A DNA stretch of 54,792 nt from positions 1 to 54,792 of the forward strand of contig CAIMXN010000304.1 in the NCBI GenBank assembly GCA_903845455.1. Reading direction: 5' to 3'. The position numbers and the translations under genes are program-made. This document shows positions 9,778 to 18,600 of the stretch, piece after piece. A model generated the notes under the pieces. That model searched no databases. It saw only the letters and a program-made list of their open reading frames with translations, and had not been told where the DNA came from. Source of the DNA: an uncultured beta proteobacterium (lineage in GTDB: Bacteria; Pseudomonadota; Gammaproteobacteria; Burkholderiales; Burkholderiaceae). Position 1 is the stretch's first letter; each line of letters starts with the position of its first letter.

Positions 9778-11108
9778 AACGTTCTAATACATTCCTAGCA
9801 ATAGCAAAGCGTTTTTATCGCGATACTACTGCTAGCATGGTATTTGTAGCCGGCGCTGCAATGCCTGTAGTGATGGTTACAGGTGGCGTAGGCTTGGACC
9901 TCCTTAGCGCGCAAATGAAAGAGAATGCTGCGGCTGGACAATTTAACTCTGTAGGCACTTTCGCAGCAGCCTTGAATACATGTACTGGTCAGACCGGTTC
10001 AGGGCTTATAGCTTGTGCAGCCCAACTTCAAAACCAAGTTAACTCATATGCTAGCAAACTTTCCAGCGACTTATCTGTTACCGTAACCCCTGGTCTCTGG
10101 TGTACACCTTCTAGTGGTACTCCCTCGTTTATTCTAAATGGCGCTGCATGTAGTGGCAGCTCAGTTAGTGCAGTGAAGATTTCGGGCGTTCAAACTTTTA
10201 ATACTAGATTTTTACGTTTGTTTGGTGCAGCTCAAATCAACAGAAAAATGGAAATGACTCTTGCTGATGACAAGATGACTGGTATTGCCACCTCAGGCAT
10301 TTGCCCTTCCATCATCTTTAATGAAGAGATCATGAATAGCTCATCTGCTGGTGAAGTCAAGTGGAGCGAGAAAACCCAATCTCCACGTGATAAAAATAAG
10401 ATCACACTCACGAGTGGCCAAAGCAGCCAAAGCTTTAGTGGTGAGACTGGTACTTTTTCGACAAGTTACTCCTTCTTCATCGCTGACCCTAGCGGATCAG
10501 TAACAAGCTTTCCATCCTCAGAAAGAACAAGTGGTACTACGCAAAGAGCTACAATTTCCAAGCCAAGCGGTACTGACTTTGATATGACTGCTGGTACGAA
10601 ATATAGAAGGTTAAGCGTTCCATTCCCAGCCAATTCGACTGAATTTACTAAAACTGTTTCCGATCGTGATTATGGATCACGATATGCTTCTGATAATGGT
10701 GGTCCAGCAATTCTTCGCGAATTGAAGAAAAATTGGGAAAACAAAACTTGTATGGCCATGATTGGGCATGACAATGGAGATGGTACTGTAACGGTTAAGG
10801 GTTCTGTTCCATTTACATTTGAGAGTGTTTGTGATGGCATGCGCAAAAGTGTTAGTAACAAGTGGGTTGCGTATAAAGATGATGGTGTCACTTTAGAGCC
10901 AAAATGTTCATACAATTCGGATACAGACAAAGTTGACATCTCTCTTTCTGGCTGGCTTGGTGATAACCGTAAAGCTGACTCAGATGCGTATGCGCCATCT
11001 GATAGAAATAAATGGAAAGCGCAAAATAACGGAAGAAATACTGTGGGTTGGATTAGAGGAATCACTGCATCTACAAACAGAGTTGAAGATCATCGCTCTT
11101 ATCAATAA
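9774..11108 (+). CDS. tadG: TadG-like Tad pilus tip/minor pilin with an unknown C-terminal domain
   Basis: N-terminus FYRDTTA|SMVFVAGAAMPVVMVTGGVGLD resembles the Tad_N pattern; VTPGLW..AVKIS..FNTRFLRLFG resembles the TadG/Tad_C region. Ser/Thr/Cys-rich. Confidence 0.65.
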   Translation: MKRSNTFLAIAKRFYRDTTASMVFVAGAAMPVVMVTGGVGLDLLSAQMKENAAAGQFNSVGTFAAALNTCTGQTGSGLIACAAQLQNQVNSYASKLSSDLSVTVTPGLWCTPSSGTPSFILNGAACSGSSVSAVKISGVQTFNTRFLRLFGAAQINRKMEMTLADDKMTGIATSGICPSIIFNEEIMNSSSAGEVKWSEKTQSPRDKNKITLTSGQSSQSFSGETGTFSTSYSFFIADPSGSVTSFPSSERTSGTTQRATISKPSGTDFDMTAGTKYRRLSVPFPANSTEFTKTVSDRDYGSRYASDNGGPAILRELKKNWENKTCMAMIGHDNGDGTVTVKGSVPFTFESVCDGMRKSVSNKWVAYKDDGVTLEPKCSYNSDTDKVDISLSGWLGDNRKADSDAYAPSDRNKWKAQNNGRNTVGWIRGITASTNRVEDHRSYQ

Positions 11109-11152
11109 GTTGATTTGATATACCGCAACTGGTACCTATTGAAGGGTTTAGT

Positions 11153-11614
11153 TTGAAGACTAAACCCTTCTTCTATTTTTGCTCTCTGAGTTTACTATTG
11201 CCATTCGCTTTGCTAGGTTGCGGCAAATCTAACTTGCCAGAGTATTGGGGCTGTGAAGGTAAGACTCAGCAAGTAGTCAAGTCCTCGGCAGGTGGTGTCT
11301 TGGAAACTTATTCAGGCGACACTAAACTCTTATTGGAGCGCTACCGCGGGACCGTTACTCAGTATGTATCAAAACCTTTTACGGGGGTATATCAAGAGTG
11401 TCAAAATACTGACAAGGTGCTTTCTTTTCGCCTTGGTAATTGCAATGAACCAACAATATCTCAAGACCAATTTTCAGAAGGGATTTTAGATAAGGACTCT
11501 GGCAAACTGTTGATGTCTGGTAGGCGCATGATTTCTCAAGGCATTGTTAATGATGAAGGCAGTTTTCAGTGTCAATTCTTAGGTAATCAAATATCTGCCG
11601 CGATCTTTGAGTAA
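11153..11614 (+). CDS. Hypothetical lipoprotein
   Basis: TTG start, hydrophobic stretch and lipobox LLGC; four further Cys residues. Confidence 0.65.
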   Translation: MKTKPFFYFCSLSLLLPFALLGCGKSNLPEYWGCEGKTQQVVKSSAGGVLETYSGDTKLLLERYRGTVTQYVSKPFTGVYQECQNTDKVLSFRLGNCNEPTISQDQFSEGILDKDSGKLLMSGRRMISQGIVNDEGSFQCQFLGNQISAAIFE

Positions 11615-11626
11615 AGCCATCACTTC

Positions 11627-12931
11627 ATGAATTCAACATCCTTTTCTCGGTCCAGACTTGCCTTACTTGGAAAGCTTGCCCCCTTTGTTTTGATTCTGAT
11701 CGCCATAACCATTGCTGGCAGTTGGCTAATGGGGTCTTATCCTGGGCTGCGCATAGGCAGTTGGCAAATCGCTGAATGGCTGATTAATTATCAGTCGGGA
11801 TTTATTCGTCGTGGCCTAGCAGGGCAGTTTTTATTTGAAGTGGGTGGCGGTCAAAACTTGCCCCACTCGCTTTACGTCTCTACCTTTGCCTGTTACATAC
11901 TGTATTGCGGTATTTTTCTAGCCATCTATTTCATGGCAAAGATTCGCAGTTCCAAGATCTTGTTATTGGCCATATTGATTCCTGGTGGGATTCTGCCGAT
12001 GGGGATGACGATGCAATTTTTTGCTCGTAAAGAAATTCTCTTTCTCATTCTGTTTGGTATTTTGTGTATCCATTATTTATGGCTACAAAGATCTGCCGCG
12101 AGATGGCATACCCTAATCGTTTTCTCCTTTTATGCCTTTGCCATCGGTGGCGGGTTAGTGATGATGCTCATTCATGAGGGATACCTTTTTATGAGCTATC
12201 CATTGACGCTGCTGTTAATGTGGATCATCTACCGCGAAAACTCTCTCAAGAAAACCATTGTTTTTTTGACTTTGTTATATGTCGTAGTAATCCCAGCTCT
12301 TTTCATCTTTTGTGCGCAGCATCGCGGTGATGCTATGAGCGCCCAACTTGTCTGGGATTCATTTAGCTTGTCTGATCGCCTAGTGCTATCGAATGCAGCT
12401 CCGTATACACCCTTTGGCCCCATTGCCTCGCTGGGTTGGGGCTTACAGCAGCATTTACTGACAATGTATAGTGGCATTTATTCAACAGGAGGGTGGGCCT
12501 ATTGGCTCTTCTTCTTAGTAGGTAATACCTTGGTACTCGCTTACATAGGTTTGCAGCTAGAGTCTCTTATTAGAGCTAGAAACTCCATTGACTATGCGCC
12601 TCGTTACTTCCGTATGTTAGCTCTAGGCTTTTTTGTTTCTCTGATGATGTTTATTGTGGCAGCTGATTGGGGACGTTGGCTTGCCTTCCTCTCTAACAGC
12701 CTCATCTTATTTTCATTCACGCTTACCGCCTCACCATTCGTACAATCAGCGTCCCCTCGAAGAAAAGAGGGCGGTTATGCTGGTGGAATATTCACAAGCA
12801 AGGTCCAAAGGTTGATGGCATTACCTTTTGTATTGCTAATTCTGTGGATCTATATGCTTACTTTTAGGCTTCCTGAGTGCTGCATTAGTCCTAAATTGAT
12901 CTGGTTTCCTTACTCATTGCTCATTTCATGA
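11627..12931 (+). CDS. Multi-TM membrane protein, GT-C-like glycosyltransferase/polymerase candidate
   Basis: About 10-12 TM segments; loop WLINYQSGFIRRGLAG after TM1; RKE, IHEG and AADWGRW motifs. Confidence 0.55.
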   Translation: MNSTSFSRSRLALLGKLAPFVLILIAITIAGSWLMGSYPGLRIGSWQIAEWLINYQSGFIRRGLAGQFLFEVGGGQNLPHSLYVSTFACYILYCGIFLAIYFMAKIRSSKILLLAILIPGGILPMGMTMQFFARKEILFLILFGILCIHYLWLQRSAARWHTLIVFSFYAFAIGGGLVMMLIHEGYLFMSYPLTLLLMWIIYRENSLKKTIVFLTLLYVVVIPALFIFCAQHRGDAMSAQLVWDSFSLSDRLVLSNAAPYTPFGPIASLGWGLQQHLLTMYSGIYSTGGWAYWLFFLVGNTLVLAYIGLQLESLIRARNSIDYAPRYFRMLALGFFVSLMMFIVAADWGRWLAFLSNSLILFSFTLTASPFVQSASPRRKEGGYAGGIFTSKVQRLMALPFVLLILWIYMLTFRLPECCISPKLIWFPYSLLIS

Positions 12932-12945
12932 GGTAAGGGAACCAT

Positions 12946-15123
12946 TTAATGGAGCACTTGAGTAATAGTCAACTCAGACTGGCTATTGGCACCGGCTTCT
13001 AGACAATTATTCTTAATCAGTAGTGTGTTGCTTTTATCTACTTTGGGCATCAACGTGATATTGATTGCTTGTTTTGCAAGTAACTTCACCTCAGTTACGG
13101 TCCCTTCATTGAATTGATACCAAATCGTGCAAGCCTTTGGATTATGAAAAGAGAGTGCTAGGGGTAGATTGGCTTGGTATGGACTATGGGGATCCAATTT
13201 TAGATACCATGGACGCTTAATGTTCAGCACTTGTTGCTCTTTAATAATGTTCCACTGATATGGAGCATTCTCCTGAGTCCGAATCATTTCACCAGAGTTC
13301 ATGATCTTCCATTCTGGAGCAGGTGAGACAGGCTGCTGGGCGGGCTGCAACCTAAAAGCAAGCAAATTATCATTTTCGTCAATCACTGGGTATTTGAGTT
13401 GCTTAATCTGCCCAATCAATTCTTTCGCATGATCTTTATATCCATTTTTATGAATTAACACTGCGGAGAATCCATAAGACTGTAGCTTTTGCAGTTCATC
13501 TGCTAATGGCAATTTAACCAAAGCGGATTGCCAAAGCGTATCTTCTCGTCCCTTATTACTGCCATAGCTAAAGCGCAAGCCTTGACTATATATATAGGGC
13601 ATAAATTGCTCATAATCACTCATATTCTCCTCTCCACCCATTTCCGGGAAGGGATGGACAGGGAGCTGAAAAACCATCGCACTGGATGGCAGACTGGCCT
13701 CTAAGGTCTTTGCGAATGCTTTGTGAGAGCCTGCATCAACCAATGATTGTGCCCCAAGGCTATATTTCAAGGAGGTATGTTGCGCAGGCACTTGATCCCA
13801 AATCGCAAACACGGCCACAGCACATGCTGCAATCCAACGATAGCGATATTGAGGTTTTTTGCTCAGCAATTCACAGACAAAATAAAGCCCAATGATCATT
13901 AAAAAGATTGCAAAACGATTATTGGAGCGGATGAGCAAGTATCCAAATGCACCCAATACAAAATTGAGTCCACCCGTAATGCTAAATGCAAAAATACCTA
14001 ATGCCAACCAAAACCAATGATTGATTTGCGCCCATTTTTTTTCAAAGATCAGGAGGGTGGATTGAGTAAAAAGAATAATTAAGCCCAATGCTGCAGTAAG
14101 CCCAATAAAGGAAATTCTACTTTCTGTAGTCAAGTTGCTTTGGAAATTATCATAATAGTTCGCAGCAAAAGGAAAAGCTGCATTTAAAAATGAGCTTTGA
14201 TGTGCTGGCGATAAAAATAGATCAGGAAGCGTGAGGCTAGCAATGAGTAAAGTTGCTAAGTCTCGCGTCATGGCGATGTGGTTGCGTCCCTCTTGCCACT
14301 GAAACAGAAAGTGATTGAAGTGCTGTACAAATTCAGCAAATAAAATCAACAGAATAAGGACAGCAATTTTTTGAGATGAGCGATCTTTTCTAATGAAACG
14401 TGCAAGCCAATTAACCCCAAGAATAAAGGCGTATAAGGCTGTATAGTAAATATTGAAGCATCCTGCAATGATGGAAGCTGCCATTGCAATGCGCCAGGCA
14501 CTCTTCTCAGAAAAAGAAGTCTTCTCAGGGTGATTGAGCCAGACCAAAGTAAAAATCATCAGTGGCAAGTGCCAAATCGTGGCCACACTAATATGACCGA
14601 TACCGCGGTAAAAAATAATGGGGGCAAACGCAAAGGCAATCGCACCCATCATGGCCCAGCAGCGTTGATAGTTGAATGAACGCCCAACAAAATAAAATGT
14701 CGCGCCGCAGAGCATTTGCATCAACATAAAGAAAAGGTTGGGCCCTAAAAATAGACCAAAAACCTTAGCAAGTTGTCCTGGCAAAAAGAATGCTAGATCC
14801 TCGCCCGGAAAGTCATTCCAGTTGGCAACATAAGGTGCATTGAGATACTGATTGATGCTTAAAGCAGGATGTATGAGGCCACCATCTCCATAAGATTTAA
14901 TCCAAGCAAAGACGTAGGGCATATCTGTAAAGAACCAGTTTTGTAGCGGCTGCGTTCTCAAATTTTGCAGTGGACCTATGCAAGCCCAAACGATGAGCCA
15001 CGCTAGCGCTATTAACCCGAGTAAAAATCCATATTCCAAAAAGGAGTGATCATGGTTGCCAGCGGGAGATCTTTGTAGATCCGGAATGGGGCTTGTAGTT
15101 TGTTTGGGTTGTTTGTTAAACAT
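12946..15123 (-). CDS. GT-C-like (YfhO-type) multi-TM glycosyltransferase with a periplasmic C-terminal domain
   Basis: Acidic first loop (FFTDM, NWNDFPGED), AFAFAP..FYRGIGH, IRSNNRF, VFQLP..FPE, LRFSYGSNKGR; soluble tail. Confidence 0.6.
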   Translation of the reverse strand: MFNKQPKQTTSPIPDLQRSPAGNHDHSFLEYGFLLGLIALAWLIVWACIGPLQNLRTQPLQNWFFTDMPYVFAWIKSYGDGGLIHPALSINQYLNAPYVANWNDFPGEDLAFFLPGQLAKVFGLFLGPNLFFMLMQMLCGATFYFVGRSFNYQRCWAMMGAIAFAFAPIIFYRGIGHISVATIWHLPLMIFTLVWLNHPEKTSFSEKSAWRIAMAASIIAGCFNIYYTALYAFILGVNWLARFIRKDRSSQKIAVLILLILFAEFVQHFNHFLFQWQEGRNHIAMTRDLATLLIASLTLPDLFLSPAHQSSFLNAAFPFAANYYDNFQSNLTTESRISFIGLTAALGLIILFTQSTLLIFEKKWAQINHWFWLALGIFAFSITGGLNFVLGAFGYLLIRSNNRFAIFLMIIGLYFVCELLSKKPQYRYRWIAACAVAVFAIWDQVPAQHTSLKYSLGAQSLVDAGSHKAFAKTLEASLPSSAMVFQLPVHPFPEMGGEENMSDYEQFMPYIYSQGLRFSYGSNKGREDTLWQSALVKLPLADELQKLQSYGFSAVLIHKNGYKDHAKELIGQIKQLKYPVIDENDNLLAFRLQPAQQPVSPAPEWKIMNSGEMIRTQENAPYQWNIIKEQQVLNIKRPWYLKLDPHSPYQANLPLALSFHNPKACTIWYQFNEGTVTEVKLLAKQAINITLMPKVDKSNTLLIKNNCLEAGANSQSELTITQVLH

Positions 15124-15235
15124 TTAGGTATCTTGAATTCGATGAAATGGCAAAGAGGCAAACTGTGTAAAAATGCTAGAAACATCCTAGCTTTTAGGTG
15201 TTGTCTATTCTGTTCAACTGTAAATCACTGTATCT

Positions 15236-16705
15236 TTGACTACATACTCAAATAAATCTGCCGCATCGATATCTGCACTTATTTTTCTTGCAGGTCTATT
15301 GAGCTATGCATTTGTTTTGTTTTTGCCTAGCGACAATTTATTCTTGGATCCCGACACATTGATGCACATTACGTCGGGTAAATGGATTCTACAGCACCAA
15401 TTAGTGCCTCAGATTGACCCATTCTCTTTCAATACTGCAGATAAATTGTGGGTGGACCATGAGTGGTTGGCCCAGTGTTTGATGGCCTTGGCGGATCAAT
15501 GGGGCGGTCTTTTCGGTTTAAGGGTGATGATGGCCAGTCTATTTGGTTTAACCATTGCCTTAGAGGCTCGATTTCTCATCAAACGCACCCCGCCGATCTA
15601 TACCATCCTGCTTTTGGTTTTGTGCATCTTTTCGATGGCTAGCCATCTATTGGTCAGACCCCATGTATTCACCTGGCCCATCATTGTGCTTTGGTTTTCA
15701 GTGTTATTCGATGTAGTAGAGGGCCGGAGAAAGCTGCCTTATTGGCTGGCATTACTCATGATTCCTTGGGCTAATTTGCATGGCAGTTTTATTTTGGGGC
15801 TTGCCCTTACGCCATTTTTCTTCCTTCAGGCCTATTGTGCTGCGCCGAAAGATGAACGAACCAAGCTTATTCTTCCTTGGGCTCTATTTATTCTACTTTC
15901 TGGTTTATTGAGTTTGTTGACCCCTTATGGACTGAGCGGTCTTAAATTTGGCACCGACTTAATTAACTCCGAATATATTTCCTGGATTGTGGAGTGGGCT
16001 CCAACCTCAGGGCCGCAAATGCAACCCATGTTATTTTGGGTTTTGCTGATCTTGGGCTTGAGTCTCATTGGAGGGCTGAGGATTTCTGTGACACGCTTTA
16101 TTCTTTTTGCGGGCCTCTTATATGAAGCTACTCAACATGTGCGCTATGTGTCTATTTTTGGTTTGCTCGCCCCTTTAATTTTTGCCTCTGCGATCGGTGC
16201 GTTTTACTATGCCCGTCAGGCAAGAGCTGGCTCAGAATCCTCCCTTGACCATGCTTTCGAAAAACTGAGTAAATCTATGCATTGGCGCTCTTGGCTCATA
16301 GGCCTAGCTTTATTACTGCTGATTACTAAAGTCGCAGATAGCACAGTCATTTCAGCAACTCCACCGGTAAGCGCCCCCATGAAAGCGCTTCAGCTTGCTC
16401 AAAAGCATGATGTGCAAGGCAAGGTATTGAATTTTTATAATTTCGGCGGCTTTTTAATCTCGCAAGGAATCCCCGTTTTCATCGATGGTAGGGCTGATTT
16501 ATATGGCAACAAGGCAGTAAATGATTATTTCTCGCTTATTTATTCTTCTGATGTTGAATTCATCAGCAAATCTTTAGCGCAAAACAATATTGCTTGGACC
16601 ATATTCCCGCCAAATCAAAAGATTGTTCTATTTCTAGATACTCAGCAAAATTGGAAGAGAATTTATGAGGATGACGTTGCAGTTGTTCACCAGCGAGTGA
16701 GATAA
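15236..16705 (+). CDS. GT-C-like multi-TM protein of a family I recall beside Flp/Tad loci
   Basis: DPDTLMHITSGKWI, DPFSF, WVDHEWLAQ, VRPH, WANLHGSF, IVEW, VFIDGRADLYG; the DxD-like acidic loop after TM1 is typical of the GT-C fold. Confidence 0.65.
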   Translation: MTTYSNKSAASISALIFLAGLLSYAFVLFLPSDNLFLDPDTLMHITSGKWILQHQLVPQIDPFSFNTADKLWVDHEWLAQCLMALADQWGGLFGLRVMMASLFGLTIALEARFLIKRTPPIYTILLLVLCIFSMASHLLVRPHVFTWPIIVLWFSVLFDVVEGRRKLPYWLALLMIPWANLHGSFILGLALTPFFFLQAYCAAPKDERTKLILPWALFILLSGLLSLLTPYGLSGLKFGTDLINSEYISWIVEWAPTSGPQMQPMLFWVLLILGLSLIGGLRISVTRFILFAGLLYEATQHVRYVSIFGLLAPLIFASAIGAFYYARQARAGSESSLDHAFEKLSKSMHWRSWLIGLALLLLITKVADSTVISATPPVSAPMKALQLAQKHDVQGKVLNFYNFGGFLISQGIPVFIDGRADLYGNKAVNDYFSLIYSSDVEFISKSLAQNNIAWTIFPPNQKIVLFLDTQQNWKRIYEDDVAVVHQRVR

Positions 16706-16710
16706 GGATA

Positions 16711-16734
16711 ATTAGTTGTAAATTTACAACTAAT
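16711..16734. repeat. Perfect 24-bp palindrome
   Basis: ATTAGTTGTAAATTTACAACTAAT equals its own reverse complement. Confidence 0.9.
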
Positions 16735-16842
16735 GATTCCAAGTATTTATTAGTGTTTTATTAGCCATTTGGATCGAAGAATGGTTCGCCTATTTGCGGC
16801 TTATTGGGGCTTGCCCGAAGTGTTTCCTTAAATAATTAATAA

Positions 16843-16855
16843 AATCAAATACTTA
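16843..16855 (+). promoter_or_regulatory. IHF consensus site upstream of flp
   Basis: AATCAA-ATAC-TTA matches WATCAANNNNTTR, with an AT-rich 5' flank. Confidence 0.45.
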
Positions 16856-17113
16856 CATAGAATAGCGTATTGAATATTGGTGCTCCTATGTAATTGCTGC
16901 CAAAAAAGCTTGGATTCAATAGGCACTTTAGAGGTGCTTTAAGCAGGGGGTTCGGTCTGCCGGCATAGTAGATGAATCCCAAATACATCTAGTATTTAGA
17001 TATTATTAGATTTAGTTGCAAAGTGCGATTACCAATTAATCTGAAATAAATTATATTGGCTTCAACTTGCGGCTTTGCAGGTTTAAATATTGCTAATTTT
17101 ATAAGGACACAAC

Positions 17114-17296
17114 ATGTTATCTCTCTACGTTAAGACTTCAAACTTTATCTCCCGCTTAATCAACCGTGAAGATGGCGTTACGGCTATTGAGTACGCGCTT
17201 ATCGCTGCTGCAGTTGTAGTCGCTATTTACCTCTTGGTTCAAAGTGTTGGTAAGAGCACTAGCGCAACATTTAGCTCAATCAATGCGGCTGTTTAA
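17114..17296 (+). CDS. flp: Flp family (type IVc/Tad) major pilin
   Basis: NREDG|VTAIEYALIAA Flp motif; 60 aa; RBS AAGGA. Confidence 0.95.
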   Translation: MLSLYVKTSNFISRLINREDGVTAIEYALIAAAVVVAIYLLVQSVGKSTSATFSSINAAV

Positions 17297-17302
17297 GTCT
17301 AA

Positions 17303-17776
17303 ATGCTGTCCTCATGGGGCTACGTAAGCTTAATCTGCTTGCTTTTAGTAGCCTCGTGGTTTGATTTTCGATCTAGAAAGATTCCCAACCAGTTAATCGT
17401 ATTGGGAATTCTGATCGGTATTTTAGTAAATGCCCTGGGCAATACCCCGGGGCGTTTTTCTTTCGGGCTGTATGGTTTTATACTCGGGTTTGGTTTGATG
17501 TTGATCCCGCACTTGTTTGGTTGGTTGGGTGCTGGAGACGTGAAATTGTTTGCTGTTGTTGGCCTATTTTTGGGTCCAGACAACACTCTAAATGCCGCTA
17601 TTTACACAGCAATGTGCGGGGGTGTTTTGGCTTTGCTTTATATTGCTAATATAAAGGTAACAAAAATTAGAGGTAATGGGGTTATTAGCCACTCGAATAA
17701 AACCTCATTACCCTATGGTGTTGCTATTTTTGGTGGAACTTTAATGGCTTTACTTTTCTCTGTTGGGAAAATTTGA
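17303..17776 (+). CDS. cpaA: Prepilin peptidase TadV/CpaA (A24)
   Basis: DFRSRKIPN, LGAGDVKL, LPYGVAI motifs. Confidence 0.93.
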   Translation: MLSSWGYVSLICLLLVASWFDFRSRKIPNQLIVLGILIGILVNALGNTPGRFSFGLYGFILGFGLMLIPHLFGWLGAGDVKLFAVVGLFLGPDNTLNAAIYTAMCGGVLALLYIANIKVTKIRGNGVISHSNKTSLPYGVAIFGGTLMALLFSVGKI

Positions 17777-17777
17777 A

Positions 17778-18599
17778 ATGAATAAGAATCCGATGTTATT
17801 GGCCCTAGCTGGCGCTGCGCTAGTAGGCATTATTGCCGTAATTACAGCAGCCATTTGGTTGGGAAATAAGACCGAAGAAAAGCAGATTATTACAGTCATT
17901 CAATCGGCTGTCGATATTGAAGCTGGAACAAAGCTAGCGCCAGAGCAGTTAACGGCAATTCCGTTGCCACCAGGCTCCCAAATTCCACAGGGCGCGATCT
18001 TCAATATTGGCGCAATAGTAAATCGCCTCACCAAAGTCAGAATCGTTAAAGGTGAAAATGTTACCGAGACGATGTTAGTGCCGCTTGCGAGCAGCGAAGA
18101 TTTATCAAATGATATTCCGCTGGGTAAAAGAGCATTTACTATCGGCATTAATGAAATTTCTGGTGTTGGTGGATTTGCCTCTCCTGGCAACTATGTAGAT
18201 GTGATTGTGAACGTTAAGGATACGGCAGGTATGCCGGTTTCCAAAACGGTAGTGGAGCACGTCAAAGTCATGGCCGCAGCTCAGTCTCGTTCCCTCACTG
18301 ATTTAGCCCCTAAAGTTGGCACTACTGTTACCTTAGAGGTCACGCCTGAAGAAGCGCAAAAGTTAGATGTGGCACGTTCCTTAGGCACCCTTTCCCTAAC
18401 ATTGCGTAATCGTGCCGATAAGAAAAATTATGAAGGTGCGGCTGTAAGCAAAAATGATTTAGCACTCACACCAAACGTCTACAACGATACAGCCTCGATT
18501 GAAATTATCCGCGGCAACGTTAGCCCTGGATCAACTGGGTCAGATATCAGCGTTGTGGGCGGAACGGCAGCTTCAATTGGTGGATTAATTGGTCGATAA
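17778..18599 (+). CDS. cpaB: Flp pilus assembly protein CpaB/RcpC
   Basis: N-terminal TM, SAF domain, GKRAFTI..GVGGFASPGNYVDV, TVTLEVTPEEAQKL, LSLTLRN. ATG at 17778 preferred over TTG at 17763. Confidence 0.93.
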   Translation: MNKNPMLLALAGAALVGIIAVITAAIWLGNKTEEKQIITVIQSAVDIEAGTKLAPEQLTAIPLPPGSQIPQGAIFNIGAIVNRLTKVRIVKGENVTETMLVPLASSEDLSNDIPLGKRAFTIGINEISGVGGFASPGNYVDVIVNVKDTAGMPVSKTVVEHVKVMAAAQSRSLTDLAPKVGTTVTLEVTPEEAQKLDVARSLGTLSLTLRNRADKKNYEGAAVSKNDLALTPNVYNDTASIEIIRGNVSPGSTGSDISVVGGTAASIGGLIGR

Positions 18600-18600
18600 T

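Noticed and set aside
11103-11115. Reverse-strand IHF consensus at the tadG stop
   Set aside because: It overlaps coding sequence and a short spacer within an operon; probably chance in AT-rich DNA.
15139-15200. GGCAAACTGTGTAAAA... resembling the start of a c-di-GMP-I riboswitch
   Set aside because: No GAAA-capped paired stem and no downstream GACGCAAAGC or second hairpin.
17056-17071. TTGGCTTCAACTTGC as a sigma54 promoter for flp
   Set aside because: GG-to-GC spacing is 9 nt, not the required 10.
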